Below are positions 18,782 through 28,554 of a stretch of 64,000 nucleotides of DNA, one piece after another. A model generated the notes under the pieces. It was not told the origin of the DNA, ran no database searches, and worked only from the letters and a program-made list of their open reading frames with translations. The stretch spans positions 96,001-160,000 of the forward strand of contig CBDCQT010000003.1 in assembly GCA_965220745.1 (NCBI GenBank). The letters run 5' to 3'. The stretch comes from Alphaproteobacteria bacterium (GTDB lineage: Bacteria > Pseudomonadota > Alphaproteobacteria > UBA828). Every line of letters begins with the position of its first letter. Position 1 is the first letter of the stretch. The position numbers were made by a program, and so were the translations under genes.

Positions 18782-19951
18782 TCAGGCGGCGTCGGCTTCC
18801 TCGCCCGAACCCGCGCCCGCGCCGTTCTCGGCCGAAGTGATGGCGCACTCGGACTCGCGCCACCAGAGCGCTTCCAGATCGTTGACATCGACGCCACGGT
18901 CCCAGATCCGCGCCTTGACCGGGCCGATGTCGGTATCGAGGGTCTGGTCCAGGTACTTGCCCTTGTAGATCGTCGCCCCGCTGGTGCAGGGCAGCGCGTT
19001 GATGCCGGACTCATCGACGGTGGCGCCTCGGGGTGCGAGCCTGATCCGCTCCGCCCGCACCGCGACGCAAGCGGGCGCGCCTCTTTCGGCCAGACCGGTG
19101 CCGCTCCAGGCGCCGCTGATGACGTGTCCGCCGATGCGCACGCTGGCCGTGCCGTTCTGCACGCTCTCGATGGTTCCTTCCAGCAGGTTCTCCACCCCCA
19201 TGAAGTCCGCGACGAAGCGGCTCGCAGGCCGGTCGAAGAGGTCGGTGGGCGGCCCTTCCTGCACGATGCGCCCGCGCCGCATCAGGATGATCCGGTCGCT
19301 CATGGTGAGCGCCTCTTCCTGACTGTGGGTGACGTATATGAAGGTGAGGCCGAGCTTCTCGTGGAGGTCGAGGAGCTCCACCTGCATGTCGACGCGGAGC
19401 TTCTCGTCGAGCGCGCCGAGCGGCTCGTCGAGCAGCAGGATCGCGGGCTGCGTCACCAGCGCGCGGGCCAGCGCCACCCGCTGGCGCTCGCCGCCGGAGA
19501 GCTGGTGGACGCGGCGGCCGTACTTGTCCAGCAGGCGGACCAGGGCGAGCGCGTCCTCCGCCCGCTTGCGGCGCTGGTCCCTGTCGATGCCGCGCACACG
19601 CAGCCCGTACTCGACGTTCTGCCCGACCGACATGTGGGGAAAGAGCGCGTAGTGCTGGAACACGGTTGTGCAGTTGCGCCTGGACGCGGGGATGGCCGAG
19701 ACGTCCTCGCCGTCGATGGCGATACGCGCGATCCGGGTCGGTCGCTCGAGTCCGGCGACGATTCTGAGCAGCGTTGTCTTGCCGGAGCCGCTTTCTCCCA
19801 GCAGGGTGAGGAACTCGCCCCGCCGCGCCGTGATCGACACGTCGTCGAGCGCAACCACGTCGCCGAAGCGGTGGGTCGCATGCTCCACATGCAGGATCTG
19901 ATCGCCATCGCCGACGGCGGCGCGCGGCGCGGTCACGTCACTGTTTGCCAT
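18782..19951 (-). CDS. PotA-like ABC ATP-binding protein
   Basis: GESGSGKTT, VFQHYALFPHM, LSGGERQRVALAR, LLDEPL. Confidence 0.93.
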   Translation of the reverse strand: MANSDVTAPRAAVGDGDQILHVEHATHRFGDVVALDDVSITARRGEFLTLLGESGSGKTTLLRIVAGLERPTRIARIAIDGEDVSAIPASRRNCTTVFQHYALFPHMSVGQNVEYGLRVRGIDRDQRRKRAEDALALVRLLDKYGRRVHQLSGGERQRVALARALVTQPAILLLDEPLGALDEKLRVDMQVELLDLHEKLGLTFIYVTHSQEEALTMSDRIILMRRGRIVQEGPPTDLFDRPASRFVADFMGVENLLEGTIESVQNGTASVRIGGHVISGAWSGTGLAERGAPACVAVRAERIRLAPRGATVDESGINALPCTSGATIYKGKYLDQTLDTDIGPVKARIWDRGVDVNDLEALWWRESECAITSAENGAGAGSGEEADAA

Positions 19952-20840
19952 CTTTGCCTCCTCCGAAGGCAAGCTTGATCGCGAGGAAGGTCAACCCGAT
20001 GCTCACGATCGTCACCAGCGTACTCATCGCATAGATCAGCGGCACGGTCGTGTTGTGTGCCCCCGATTGAATCCACAGATAGAGCGGCAGTGTGTCCTGT
20101 CCCGCACGCATGAAGATGCTGAAGGGCAGCTCGTTGAACGACAGCAGGAAGCCGAAGAAGCCAGCCGCGAAGATGCCAGGCTTCAGAATTGGCACCTCGA
20201 TCTGCCAGAAGCGCTGCCAGCGGCTCGCGCCGAGGTCTTCGGCGGCTTCCATCAGCCGCGTGTCGAAGCGCGAAGCCACCACCAGCATCGCCAGCAGTGC
20301 GAACGGGAAGGCCCAGACGAAATGGGCCAGAGCCAGCGACCACACACCCATCTTCACGTTGATCACCAGCCGGTACCACATGAAGAGCCCGACGCCGGCG
20401 ACGATGCCCGGCACCATCAGCGGCATGAGGAAGCCGATGAGCAGCGGCCCGCGCCGCTTCACCCGGGGCAGCACCGGCCCCACGATCAGTGCGCCGATCA
20501 CGCACGCCGCCGAGGTGGCGAAGGCAAGCCCGATCGAGAGCAGCAGCGGATCGCCGACCCGGAAGTTGCTGCCGTAGGCCTCGCCGTCGCGCTGCGCGAT
20601 GTCGGCGTAGATCACGTCCTCGTACCAGGTGAGCGTCCACTCGCCGGGAATTCCCGTGAGCGGCTCGCCGCTGATGGAGAGGATCATCAGCCAGACGATC
20701 GGCAGATAGAGGATGAAGAGCACCCCGTAGCCGAAGAAGAGGCCGGTGCCCCGCAGCAGGCCGTCCATGAAACGCCGCCAGAACGGCGGGCGCACCTGCG
20801 CATAGGTAATCGTTTCGGAGGCGTGCGCGGTCATCGTCAT
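19938..20840 (-). CDS. PotC-like ABC permease
   Basis: EAA motif LMEAAEDLGAS, SFNE, TLPL. Confidence 0.92.
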   Translation of the reverse strand: MTMTAHASETITYAQVRPPFWRRFMDGLLRGTGLFFGYGVLFILYLPIVWLMILSISGEPLTGIPGEWTLTWYEDVIYADIAQRDGEAYGSNFRVGDPLLLSIGLAFATSAACVIGALIVGPVLPRVKRRGPLLIGFLMPLMVPGIVAGVGLFMWYRLVINVKMGVWSLALAHFVWAFPFALLAMLVVASRFDTRLMEAAEDLGASRWQRFWQIEVPILKPGIFAAGFFGFLLSFNELPFSIFMRAGQDTLPLYLWIQSGAHNTTVPLIYAMSTLVTIVSIGLTFLAIKLAFGGGKDGKQ

Positions 20841-21754
20841 CGGCGCAGGTTCGCGAAAACTTCGTTGAGCCCGCCCACCGGCTTGAGCGCAGCCCAGAGC
20901 AGGACCTGGAAGGCTAGCATGATGCCGAGCACAACCGCAGCGAGCGCGGCCGCGACCAGGAAGTTCGAGACTCCGATCAGACTCTGAACTTGCGCGCTCA
21001 ACATCAGCACGTTGTTGCCGCCCATGTGCTGCGCCACCACCGTGTCACCCAGCATCGGGATGAAGGTGAAGACGATGCCGGCGACGACGCCCGGCAGCGC
21101 GAGCGGGAAGATGACGTGCACGAGCGTCCTGAAGCGATTGGCGCCGAGGTCGTTGCTGGCTTCCAGGAAGTCGTTATCGATCAGGCTGATGGAGAGAAAG
21201 ATCGGCCACACCATGGTGGGGAAGAAGGCGCCGAGGAAGCCAAAATGCACGGCGAACTCGGAGAAGATCAGCCAGGTCACGGGCTCATCCACCGCGCCGG
21301 TCGCGAGCAGCGCCTGATTTACCACACCGTTGATGCCGAAGACCGAGCGCCAGACGATGACGCGCGCCGCCGGGCTCAGGAAGAACGGCACGGTGAGTGC
21401 GGTGAAGGTGAGGAGGCGCACCATGTTGTTCTTGCAGCCCTTTGCGAGCCAAAGCGCGAAGGGGAACGCGATCATGAGTTCGATGAACGTGATCGTCGCC
21501 GCGATGCGCACCGAACGCGCGAGCAGATCGCTGCCGCCGTAGGAGAAGAATCGCTCGTATTGCAGGAAGGTGGGATCGAGGTTGATCCTGATCCCGCGGC
21601 CCTGGAAGAACGAGACCAGGATGATGGCGAGCAGTGGGATGACGATGCCGCCGAACCAGACGACGGTGAAGCCCGAGAGCGACCAGACGCCTGCCGGCAA
21701 GCGCGGCAGCAGGCGGCGCATGACGTCGTCGTTGGCGGTGAGCGTGGCGGCCAT
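20837..21754 (-). CDS. PotB-like ABC permease
   Basis: LEASNDLGANR, GVVNQALL, FPLALPG. Confidence 0.92.
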   Translation of the reverse strand: MAATLTANDDVMRRLLPRLPAGVWSLSGFTVVWFGGIVIPLLAIILVSFFQGRGIRINLDPTFLQYERFFSYGGSDLLARSVRIAATITFIELMIAFPFALWLAKGCKNNMVRLLTFTALTVPFFLSPAARVIVWRSVFGINGVVNQALLATGAVDEPVTWLIFSEFAVHFGFLGAFFPTMVWPIFLSISLIDNDFLEASNDLGANRFRTLVHVIFPLALPGVVAGIVFTFIPMLGDTVVAQHMGGNNVLMLSAQVQSLIGVSNFLVAAALAAVVLGIMLAFQVLLWAALKPVGGLNEVFANLRR

Positions 21755-21834
21755 CCTAGCTAAGGCAAAATGGGCGGGGCCCGCCCCGCCCTCTCGTGGA
21801 GCGGGACGGGCCCGGCCCGAATGCGCGCCGAACG

Positions 21835-23040
21835 TTAGGCGTTGAGCACGCGGTCCATCTGCGCCTGCATTTCCTGCAGGTTCGACGGCACCGCGCTGAA
21901 CCAGAAGTCCTCCTTGGCGAACTTGAACTTGACCTTGGCCAAGGCCTCGTCGATCGCAACGCCCACCTCAGGCCCCATGCCGTTCTCTTCGGCGTACTGC
22001 GGGGCGAGGTCGGGCCGACCCGTGACGTAGCCGCGCAACGGCGTGATCCCGGCGGCGTAGCTGCCGCTCAGGATCCAATTGAGCGCCGTGTGAACCTGCT
22101 CGAGGTTGCCGCGGTCGTGGACCTGGGTCGGGATGTAACAGGCGTGCATCCACTTGGTGTAGAACTCCGTGGCGTTGGCATAGACCCAGTCGCCGCCGGC
22201 CTTGTTGGCCTCGCGCACCGCAGGCTCCCAGCAGCGGATGGCGTCGACCTCGCCGTTCTTCATGTCGGAGACCTGGTCGTCGAAGATCTTCCAGAAGTTG
22301 CGGAACTGTCCAGCCTGCTTGCGCTCGATCAGGAAGTCGGCAGTCGCCGCAGCCTCCTCCGGTGACGGATCGAGGAGGTCGCCGACCTCCAGCTGCCCCG
22401 TATTCTTGAGATAGGCGAGCGCCTCCCACAGGTAGATGTAGTTGTCGCCGGTGGAGGACCGGCCCAGGGTCTTCTCGCTCTCGTAGACCAGCGACCAGGA
22501 GGCTTCCTCCGGCGGGCGCGGCTCGTTCAGCTTCTCGGGCAGATAGCCGAAGCTGTCCGCGTTCATCGCCAGCGGAACGCCCCACACGTAGCCTCCTTCC
22601 GGCGCGAGGTCGCGCTGGAGATAGGGCATCTGCGTGATGCTCTCGGGAATGCCGCCCCAATTCGGGACTGCCGAGGTCTCGATCGGCTTGATCGCCTCGC
22701 CGTCGATCAAGTCCTGCTCGGCGCCCGTGAGCGCGGCGATGATGTCGAACCGGTCGCCGCCGTCGTTCACCAGAATTTCGGTCAGGAAGATGCCGGGATC
22801 GTCCTTGATCACGGTATCTTCCATCTTGAAGCCGGTTTCCCTCTCGAACGCGCTCCAGTCGCCGGGGATGAGGGTGGGGCCGGTGATCAGGAGCCGGATG
22901 GTGTTTTCGTCCTGGGCAATCGCCTTGCGAGTGAGCCCCTTGAGAATGGCGGGTGCGCCGACGATGGCCGTGCCCGCGGCAGCGCACTTGATGAAGTTGC
23001 GTCGTGAAAGGTGGAAGTAGAGGTGTTTGCTCGTCCGCAT
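21835..23040 (-). CDS. PotD/PotF-like solute-binding protein with Tat signal
   Basis: ATG 23040 after GGGAGG; SRRNFIK twin-Arg; WGVPLAMNADSFGY. Confidence 0.85.
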   Translation of the reverse strand: MRTSKHLYFHLSRRNFIKCAAAGTAIVGAPAILKGLTRKAIAQDENTIRLLITGPTLIPGDWSAFERETGFKMEDTVIKDDPGIFLTEILVNDGGDRFDIIAALTGAEQDLIDGEAIKPIETSAVPNWGGIPESITQMPYLQRDLAPEGGYVWGVPLAMNADSFGYLPEKLNEPRPPEEASWSLVYESEKTLGRSSTGDNYIYLWEALAYLKNTGQLEVGDLLDPSPEEAAATADFLIERKQAGQFRNFWKIFDDQVSDMKNGEVDAIRCWEPAVREANKAGGDWVYANATEFYTKWMHACYIPTQVHDRGNLEQVHTALNWILSGSYAAGITPLRGYVTGRPDLAPQYAEENGMGPEVGVAIDEALAKVKFKFAKEDFWFSAVPSNLQEMQAQMDRVLNA

Positions 23041-23982
23041 GGCGAAGCCTCCCTGCATAGAATTGAGCGCATCCGCGGACCGCACGCCTTCGCCGACCGG
23101 CCGCAGCGCATCCGCAGGATGGCACCGGCAGGCGGGACGAGGCCCAGCGGGTGGAGTCATGATGACTGGTTTGGGCACGCCAAACAATCCCGTGCACCGG
23201 TTCGGGTCGGACGGAAAGGCAGGGCACCGAAGGCGAATCCGGCCCGTGGCGTGCGCCGGCGGTAGCCGACACGGTTCCTTCGCGTCTGCGTACTGTCCTG
23301 CGGTCACCAGGCTCGCCGCGACCGCCCCTTTATCGGACCGCTGAGCCGGATAACTCTTGGTCGGACCAATCGACGCCTCAAGTGTCCGTGACAACACCCA
23401 AAATACCGTTGACAAGCCAATTCCCTGACCACAGGATTGCCCGTGGATCGGTCAATTCAAGAGCCACCAAGTGCCTCGGTACGGTGCTTGACAATAAATT
23501 GGGGAGGTTTGAGAGGCTGAATCGACATCCAATAGTCAGCGGCAACTCTTCGTCAACCGAACTGACTATGATGCTCGATATGCGCTCTTTCGCGAACATT
23601 GAGTCCTGGAACCGTGGCTCGAGGCGCTACGGGCGGCGTTGCTGAGGAGGAAGCCGAACAGGGTATGATGAGCGTTCTGTATCCTGCTGATTCGCAACGA
23701 AAAGGCGCCGGTTCGAACGAGCATGACGTGGCGTTCAGCGATTGTCGGCGATCCTGCGAGCTGCGTTTGTACGCCAATGTTCGGTACCTCAAAGTAGGCC
23801 GTCCATGGCTTCGGTGAAATGCATTCTATAGCCACGATGATGCAAAGATATTCTCAAAGGCTACAGAATAGAGAGGGAGTAAGGCTTGAATTTCTGAAGT
23901 CCAAAATTTTGAACCCCGTGTTGGAAGAACGCGGCCCTGTTTCAGGTTCGAATGGGCGTCTGTCTAGACGGGGACGGGTGTT

Positions 23983-25101
23983 TTGATGACGACCGATACC
24001 CCGGATATTGTGGTCTTCGACCGCGTGCAGAAGAGCTACGACGGCGAGATCCTGGTCGTCAAAGACCTCAATCTAAGCATCAAGACCGGTGAGTTCCTGA
24101 CGATGTTGGGGCCCTCGGGATCCGGCAAGACAACTTGCTTGATGATGTTGGCCGGCTTTGAGCCGGCTACTCATGGAGAAATTTATTTGAACGACCGTCC
24201 GATCAATAAAGTTGCGCCGCATCGACGAAATATAGGCATGGTCTTCCAGGATTACGCGCTGTTTCCGCACATGACAGTCACGGAGAACCTGGCGTTTCCT
24301 CTGAAAGTTCGAAGGATTCCGAAATCGGAGATCGAGGCGAAAGTCAAGCGCGCGCTGGACATGGTTCGCCTGCCGGACTTCGGTGGTCGTCGGCCCGGTC
24401 AACTCTCGGGCGGCCAGCAGCAACGCGTGGCGGTGGCACGGGCATTGGTATTCGAGCCTGACTTGGTGCTTATGGATGAGCCTCTCGGCGCCCTGGACAA
24501 GAATCTGCGGGAGGAGATGCAGTACGAAATCAAGCATCTTCACGAAGAGCTCGGCGTCACGATCGTCTACGTCACGCACGATCAGTCCGAAGCATTGACC
24601 ATGTCCAATCGTATTGCGGTCTTTAACGATGGTGTAATTCAGCAATTAGCAAGTCCTAGCGCGCTGTACGAGCAACCGGAGAACGCCTTTGTTGCGCAGT
24701 TTATCGGAGAGAACAATCGTTTGTGCGGCAAGGTGAATTCCGTTGAAGGGAACCATTGTCAGGTGAATTTGGATGGTGGAGGCACCGTTCGAGCCCTCAA
24801 TGTGAAGGTCGAGGGTGCGGGCGCACGCACGACCCTTTCGCTCCGTCCTGAGCGCGTTATCGTCGCGTGCGAAGACGGGGAGGCGGATAACTCGATTGTC
24901 GGCCGCGTCGAGGAGTTGATCTATCTGGGAGATCATATCCGTGCGCGCCTGTCGGTCGCGGGAACTGAGGAGTTCGTTGTGAAGATTCCCAACACAGATC
25001 GGCATGCAGCGTTGCGGGAGGGAACGGACGTCAACCTGGGCTGGGCTGCAGAAGATTGCCGGGCGCTGGACGCTCCGGTTGACGCAGCAGAGCCTGGTTA
25101 G
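23983..25101 (+). CDS. Polyamine-type ABC ATP-binding protein (PotA-like)
   Basis: GPSGSGKTT, LSGGQQQRVAVAR, MDEPLGALD, TOBE-like C-terminus. Confidence 0.95.
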   Translation: MMTTDTPDIVVFDRVQKSYDGEILVVKDLNLSIKTGEFLTMLGPSGSGKTTCLMMLAGFEPATHGEIYLNDRPINKVAPHRRNIGMVFQDYALFPHMTVTENLAFPLKVRRIPKSEIEAKVKRALDMVRLPDFGGRRPGQLSGGQQQRVAVARALVFEPDLVLMDEPLGALDKNLREEMQYEIKHLHEELGVTIVYVTHDQSEALTMSNRIAVFNDGVIQQLASPSALYEQPENAFVAQFIGENNRLCGKVNSVEGNHCQVNLDGGGTVRALNVKVEGAGARTTLSLRPERVIVACEDGEADNSIVGRVEELIYLGDHIRARLSVAGTEEFVVKIPNTDRHAALREGTDVNLGWAAEDCRALDAPVDAAEPG

Positions 25102-25185
25102 AGCAGATCAAGACGTGTCGGTGTTGCCGATGCGAGGCTTGAGAACCCGCCGGTGTGTCCGGCAAACGAGAGGAGAGTAACCAAG

Positions 25186-26289
25186 ATGAGATGGCTATTG
25201 AGTACGACTGTCGTTGCCGCTGGCGTCGCGTTGGCGGCCGGCAGCGCCCAGGCACTCGACCTCACGATCGTGTCGTGGGGCGGCGCCTATACGGCGAGCC
25301 AGCAGAAGGCCTATCACGACCCCTACATGGCCGCGAACCCCGACATCAACATCATCAACGACGACAACGCCGCCGAAGGGCTGGCCAAGGTTCGGGCACA
25401 GGTGGAGTCGAACAACGTCACTTGGGACATCGTCGACATGGTCGCAGCCGATGCGATTACCGCGTGCGACGAAGGCCTGATCATGGAAATCGATCCCGAC
25501 ACGTGGCTGGCTCCCGCGCCGGACGGGACCCCTGCGTCGGAGGATTTCTTCGCCGGCACGCTGTCACCGGGCGGGACCAACTGCTTCATCCCGCAGATCG
25601 TCTACTCCACGACCTTCGGCTATCGCACCGATGTCTTCGAGGGTGATCAGCCGTCGACCATTGCCGACGTGTTCGATCTGGAGAAGTTCCCCGGCAAGCG
25701 CTCGCTGGAGAGGCGGCCCATCAACAATCTCGAATGGGCGCTGCTCGCCGATGGCGTGGCACCTGCAGATGTCTACGGCATGCTCAGCACGTCCGAGGGC
25801 GTGAGCCGTGCCTTGGCAAAGCTCGATACCATCAAGGATCAGGTGGTCTGGTGGACCAAGGGAGCCCAGCCGCCGCAGCTTCTGGCGGACGGCGAGGTCG
25901 TCATTGCCTCGGCCTACAACGGCCGCCTCTTCTCGGCCATCGCGGAGAAGAACCAGCCCATCGCCATGATGTGGGATCGGCAGATTTTCGATCTCGACGG
26001 CTGGGTCGTGCCGATGGGTGTCAAGGATCTCGATGCGGTGAAGGCGTATCTCCACTTTGCCACCGATACGCAGCGTCTGGCCGATCAGGCGAAGTTCATT
26101 TCCTACGGTCCGGCGCGCTACTCGTCGGCGCCGCTCGTGGGCAACCATGCCGATCTCGGCATCGACATGAAGCCCCACATGCCGACGGATCCAAACAACG
26201 CCGCGACTATTTTCGACTTCGACTACGTCTGGTGGGCTGATCACCGGGCAGAGCTCGACGAGGTGTTCAACACCTGGCTCGCGAAGTAG
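25186..26289 (+). CDS. Polyamine/opine-type solute-binding protein
   Basis: Signal peptide; VSWGGAY, FDLEKFPGKR, LEWALLADGV, AYNGR. Confidence 0.93.
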   Translation: MRWLLSTTVVAAGVALAAGSAQALDLTIVSWGGAYTASQQKAYHDPYMAANPDINIINDDNAAEGLAKVRAQVESNNVTWDIVDMVAADAITACDEGLIMEIDPDTWLAPAPDGTPASEDFFAGTLSPGGTNCFIPQIVYSTTFGYRTDVFEGDQPSTIADVFDLEKFPGKRSLERRPINNLEWALLADGVAPADVYGMLSTSEGVSRALAKLDTIKDQVVWWTKGAQPPQLLADGEVVIASAYNGRLFSAIAEKNQPIAMMWDRQIFDLDGWVVPMGVKDLDAVKAYLHFATDTQRLADQAKFISYGPARYSSAPLVGNHADLGIDMKPHMPTDPNNAATIFDFDYVWWADHRAELDEVFNTWLAK

Positions 26290-26298
26290 CAGAGCTTA

Positions 26299-26335
26299 GG
26301 AGGGGCGGGGCGCATCGTTGCGTCCTGCCCCCTTT
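26299..26335 (+). terminator. Hairpin after the SBP gene (terminator/attenuator or mRNA stabiliser)
   Basis: ggggcggggcgca-tcgt-tgcgtcctgcccc followed by a short T run. Confidence 0.55.
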
Positions 26336-26372
26336 ACTTCAAGGCACCTGAGCGAGACGTAGGCCAGCGCGC

Positions 26373-27635
26373 ATGTCGACGGTCGCCGATAACACCCTGC
26401 GAACTGCCGATGGCGTGCCATTGAAGACGAGCCTGCGGCGGGCGATGGCTCGCAGGCGCATTCGCACATTCCTGTTGGTCGTCCCTATTCTGGCGTTCTT
26501 GATGATTACATTCGTTTTTCCCGTCATCGACATGTTGTTCAGAAGCGTCGACAATCAAATCGTTTCATCCGTTCTTCCCCGTACAACGTTAGCTATTCAA
26601 AGCTGGGATCCGGGGAGCGAGGAGTTGCCGCCGGAATTCGTGTACGAAGCCCTGGTGCTGGATATTCAGGAGTCATTCAAGGATAAGACACTGGGCCGTG
26701 CCGGACGGCGCTTGAATTACGAAAAGTCCGGAGTGATGAGCTTGTTCCGGAAATCGGGACGACGAGCCAAACGCATCACCGAGGCCCCCTTCAAGGACCA
26801 AGTCATAGCAATTGACCAACGCTGGGCAGACCTAGCGACCTGGCAACTGATTTATCAAGAATCGAGCAACGTAACCGAAAGCTACTTCTTGTCGGCTGTT
26901 GACCTTCGAGTTGACTACAAGGGCGAAATTTCCTGGAAGGCAGAAGAACGACGAATATACTTGTTCCTATTTTATCGCACGTTGTGGATGAGTGCGCTCA
27001 TCACGATATTCTGCTTGCTACTCGGTTATCCGATCGCCTTCCTCCTGGCGACGTTACCGCCGCGCCATAGCAATCTCTTGTTGATTCTCGTCTTGTTGCC
27101 ATTCTGGACCTCTCTGTTGGTCAGGACGACCGCGTGGATCGCGCTGCTGCAGTCCGAGGGCGTGTTGAACGACCTGATGGTCTTCCTGGGAATTATTTCC
27201 GAAGACGGTCGTTTGCAGATGATTCACAACAAGATCGGTACGTTCGTGGCGATGACGCATATTCTTTTGCCCTTCATGATTCTGCCCCTCTATTCCGTGA
27301 TGAAAACGATTCCCTCTTCGTATATGCGCGCTGCACGCTCACTGGGGGCATCGCCGTTCACTGGCTTTGTCAAGGTTTATATGCCCAATACTGTGCCGGG
27401 AATCGGCGCGGGCTGCATACTGGTCTTTATTCTTTCGATCGGCTATTACATCACGCCGGCGCTGGTCGGAGGACGAACCGGAACGTTCATCTCGAACATC
27501 ATCGCCCTTCACATCAGCGAGACTCTGAACTGGGGTCTGGCCGCAGCTCTAGGCGTGATTCTGTTGGCGCTCGTCCTGCTGCTTTACTTCCTCTATGACA
27601 GGATCGTGGGCGTGGCCAACATGAAGCTCGGATAA
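26373..27635 (+). CDS. PotB-like ABC permease with large inserted domain
   Basis: PFWTSLLVRT, HILLPFMILPLY, AARSLGA, GYYITPALVGG. Confidence 0.93.
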   Translation: MSTVADNTLRTADGVPLKTSLRRAMARRRIRTFLLVVPILAFLMITFVFPVIDMLFRSVDNQIVSSVLPRTTLAIQSWDPGSEELPPEFVYEALVLDIQESFKDKTLGRAGRRLNYEKSGVMSLFRKSGRRAKRITEAPFKDQVIAIDQRWADLATWQLIYQESSNVTESYFLSAVDLRVDYKGEISWKAEERRIYLFLFYRTLWMSALITIFCLLLGYPIAFLLATLPPRHSNLLLILVLLPFWTSLLVRTTAWIALLQSEGVLNDLMVFLGIISEDGRLQMIHNKIGTFVAMTHILLPFMILPLYSVMKTIPSSYMRAARSLGASPFTGFVKVYMPNTVPGIGAGCILVFILSIGYYITPALVGGRTGTFISNIIALHISETLNWGLAAALGVILLALVLLLYFLYDRIVGVANMKLG

Positions 27636-27640
27636 CGCGT

Positions 27641-28489
27641 ATGCCGCCGCCTCTGCACGCAACGCGCTCGGAACGCGCTTGGTACTATACGTTCCGGACG
27701 CTGTGCGTGCTGATTTTCATTTTCTTGGTCGGCCCGATTTTCGTCATCATTCCGTTGAGCTTCAACGAGCTTCCTTATTTTACTTTCACGCCCGAAATGC
27801 TTGCCTTCGATCCGGCAGGCTACAGTACGAAGTGGTATCAGGAATTCTTTACCGAAGACTCTTGGCAAAGAGCGGTGCAAAATAGCTTCCTCATCGCGGT
27901 TTTTGCCACGCTGATATCCACATTCCTCGGCACCCTGGCGGCGCTCGGGCTCAGCAGGCCCGAAATGCCCTTCAGAAAGACGATCATGGCGCTGTTGATA
28001 TCGCCGATGATCGTGCCGCTCATCATCTCGGCCGCGGGCATGTATTTCTTTTATGCGCGGATCGGACTCGCCTCGACGCACATCGGCGTCATTCTAGCCC
28101 ATGCTGCGTTGGGCATCCCCTTCGTCATCATCACGGTGACGGCGACGTTGGTGGGCTTCGACCACTCGCTGACCCGCGCGGCTGCGAGCCTGGGGTCGAG
28201 CCCGACGCGCACCTTCTTCGTGGTGATCGTGCCCCTGATCTTGCCCGGGGTCATATCGGGCGCGCTGCTGGCGTTCATCACGTCCTTCGACGAGGTGGTG
28301 GTGGTGCTGTTCGTGGGCTCGGTGGAGCAGCGCACGATTCCCTGGAAGATGTTCTCAGGGATTCGCGAGGAGATCCGCCCGACCATCCTTGCCGTGGCGA
28401 CGCTCCTGGTGGTCGTGTCGATCATTTTGTTGACGATGGTGGAGCTATTGCGGCGCCGGAGCGAGCGGCTGCGCGGAATTCGCTCGTAA
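27641..28489 (+). CDS. PotC-like ABC permease
   Basis: PMIVP, AAASLGS, SFDEVVV. Confidence 0.93.
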   Translation: MPPPLHATRSERAWYYTFRTLCVLIFIFLVGPIFVIIPLSFNELPYFTFTPEMLAFDPAGYSTKWYQEFFTEDSWQRAVQNSFLIAVFATLISTFLGTLAALGLSRPEMPFRKTIMALLISPMIVPLIISAAGMYFFYARIGLASTHIGVILAHAALGIPFVIITVTATLVGFDHSLTRAAASLGSSPTRTFFVVIVPLILPGVISGALLAFITSFDEVVVVLFVGSVEQRTIPWKMFSGIREEIRPTILAVATLLVVVSIILLTMVELLRRRSERLRGIRS

Positions 28490-28515
28490 CGCCACATAGC
28501 GGTGCACCTGCGAAT

Positions 28516-28530
28516 GTTCTTGTAATGTTC
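28516..28530 (+). promoter_or_regulatory. Alphaproteobacterial LexA (SOS) box GTTC-N7-GTTC
   Basis: GTTC ttgtaat GTTC, 24 bp upstream of ATG 28555 of a DNA-repair-type radical SAM gene. Confidence 0.8.
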
Positions 28531-28554
28531 TTATCCGCCACCTATGCTGTGGCG

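Noticed and set aside
23260-23400. Guanidine or other riboswitch ahead of the Tat SBP; TPP riboswitch ahead of the NMT1 SBP at 30840-31010
   Set aside because: Consensus cores could not be matched by eye; needs an Infernal scan
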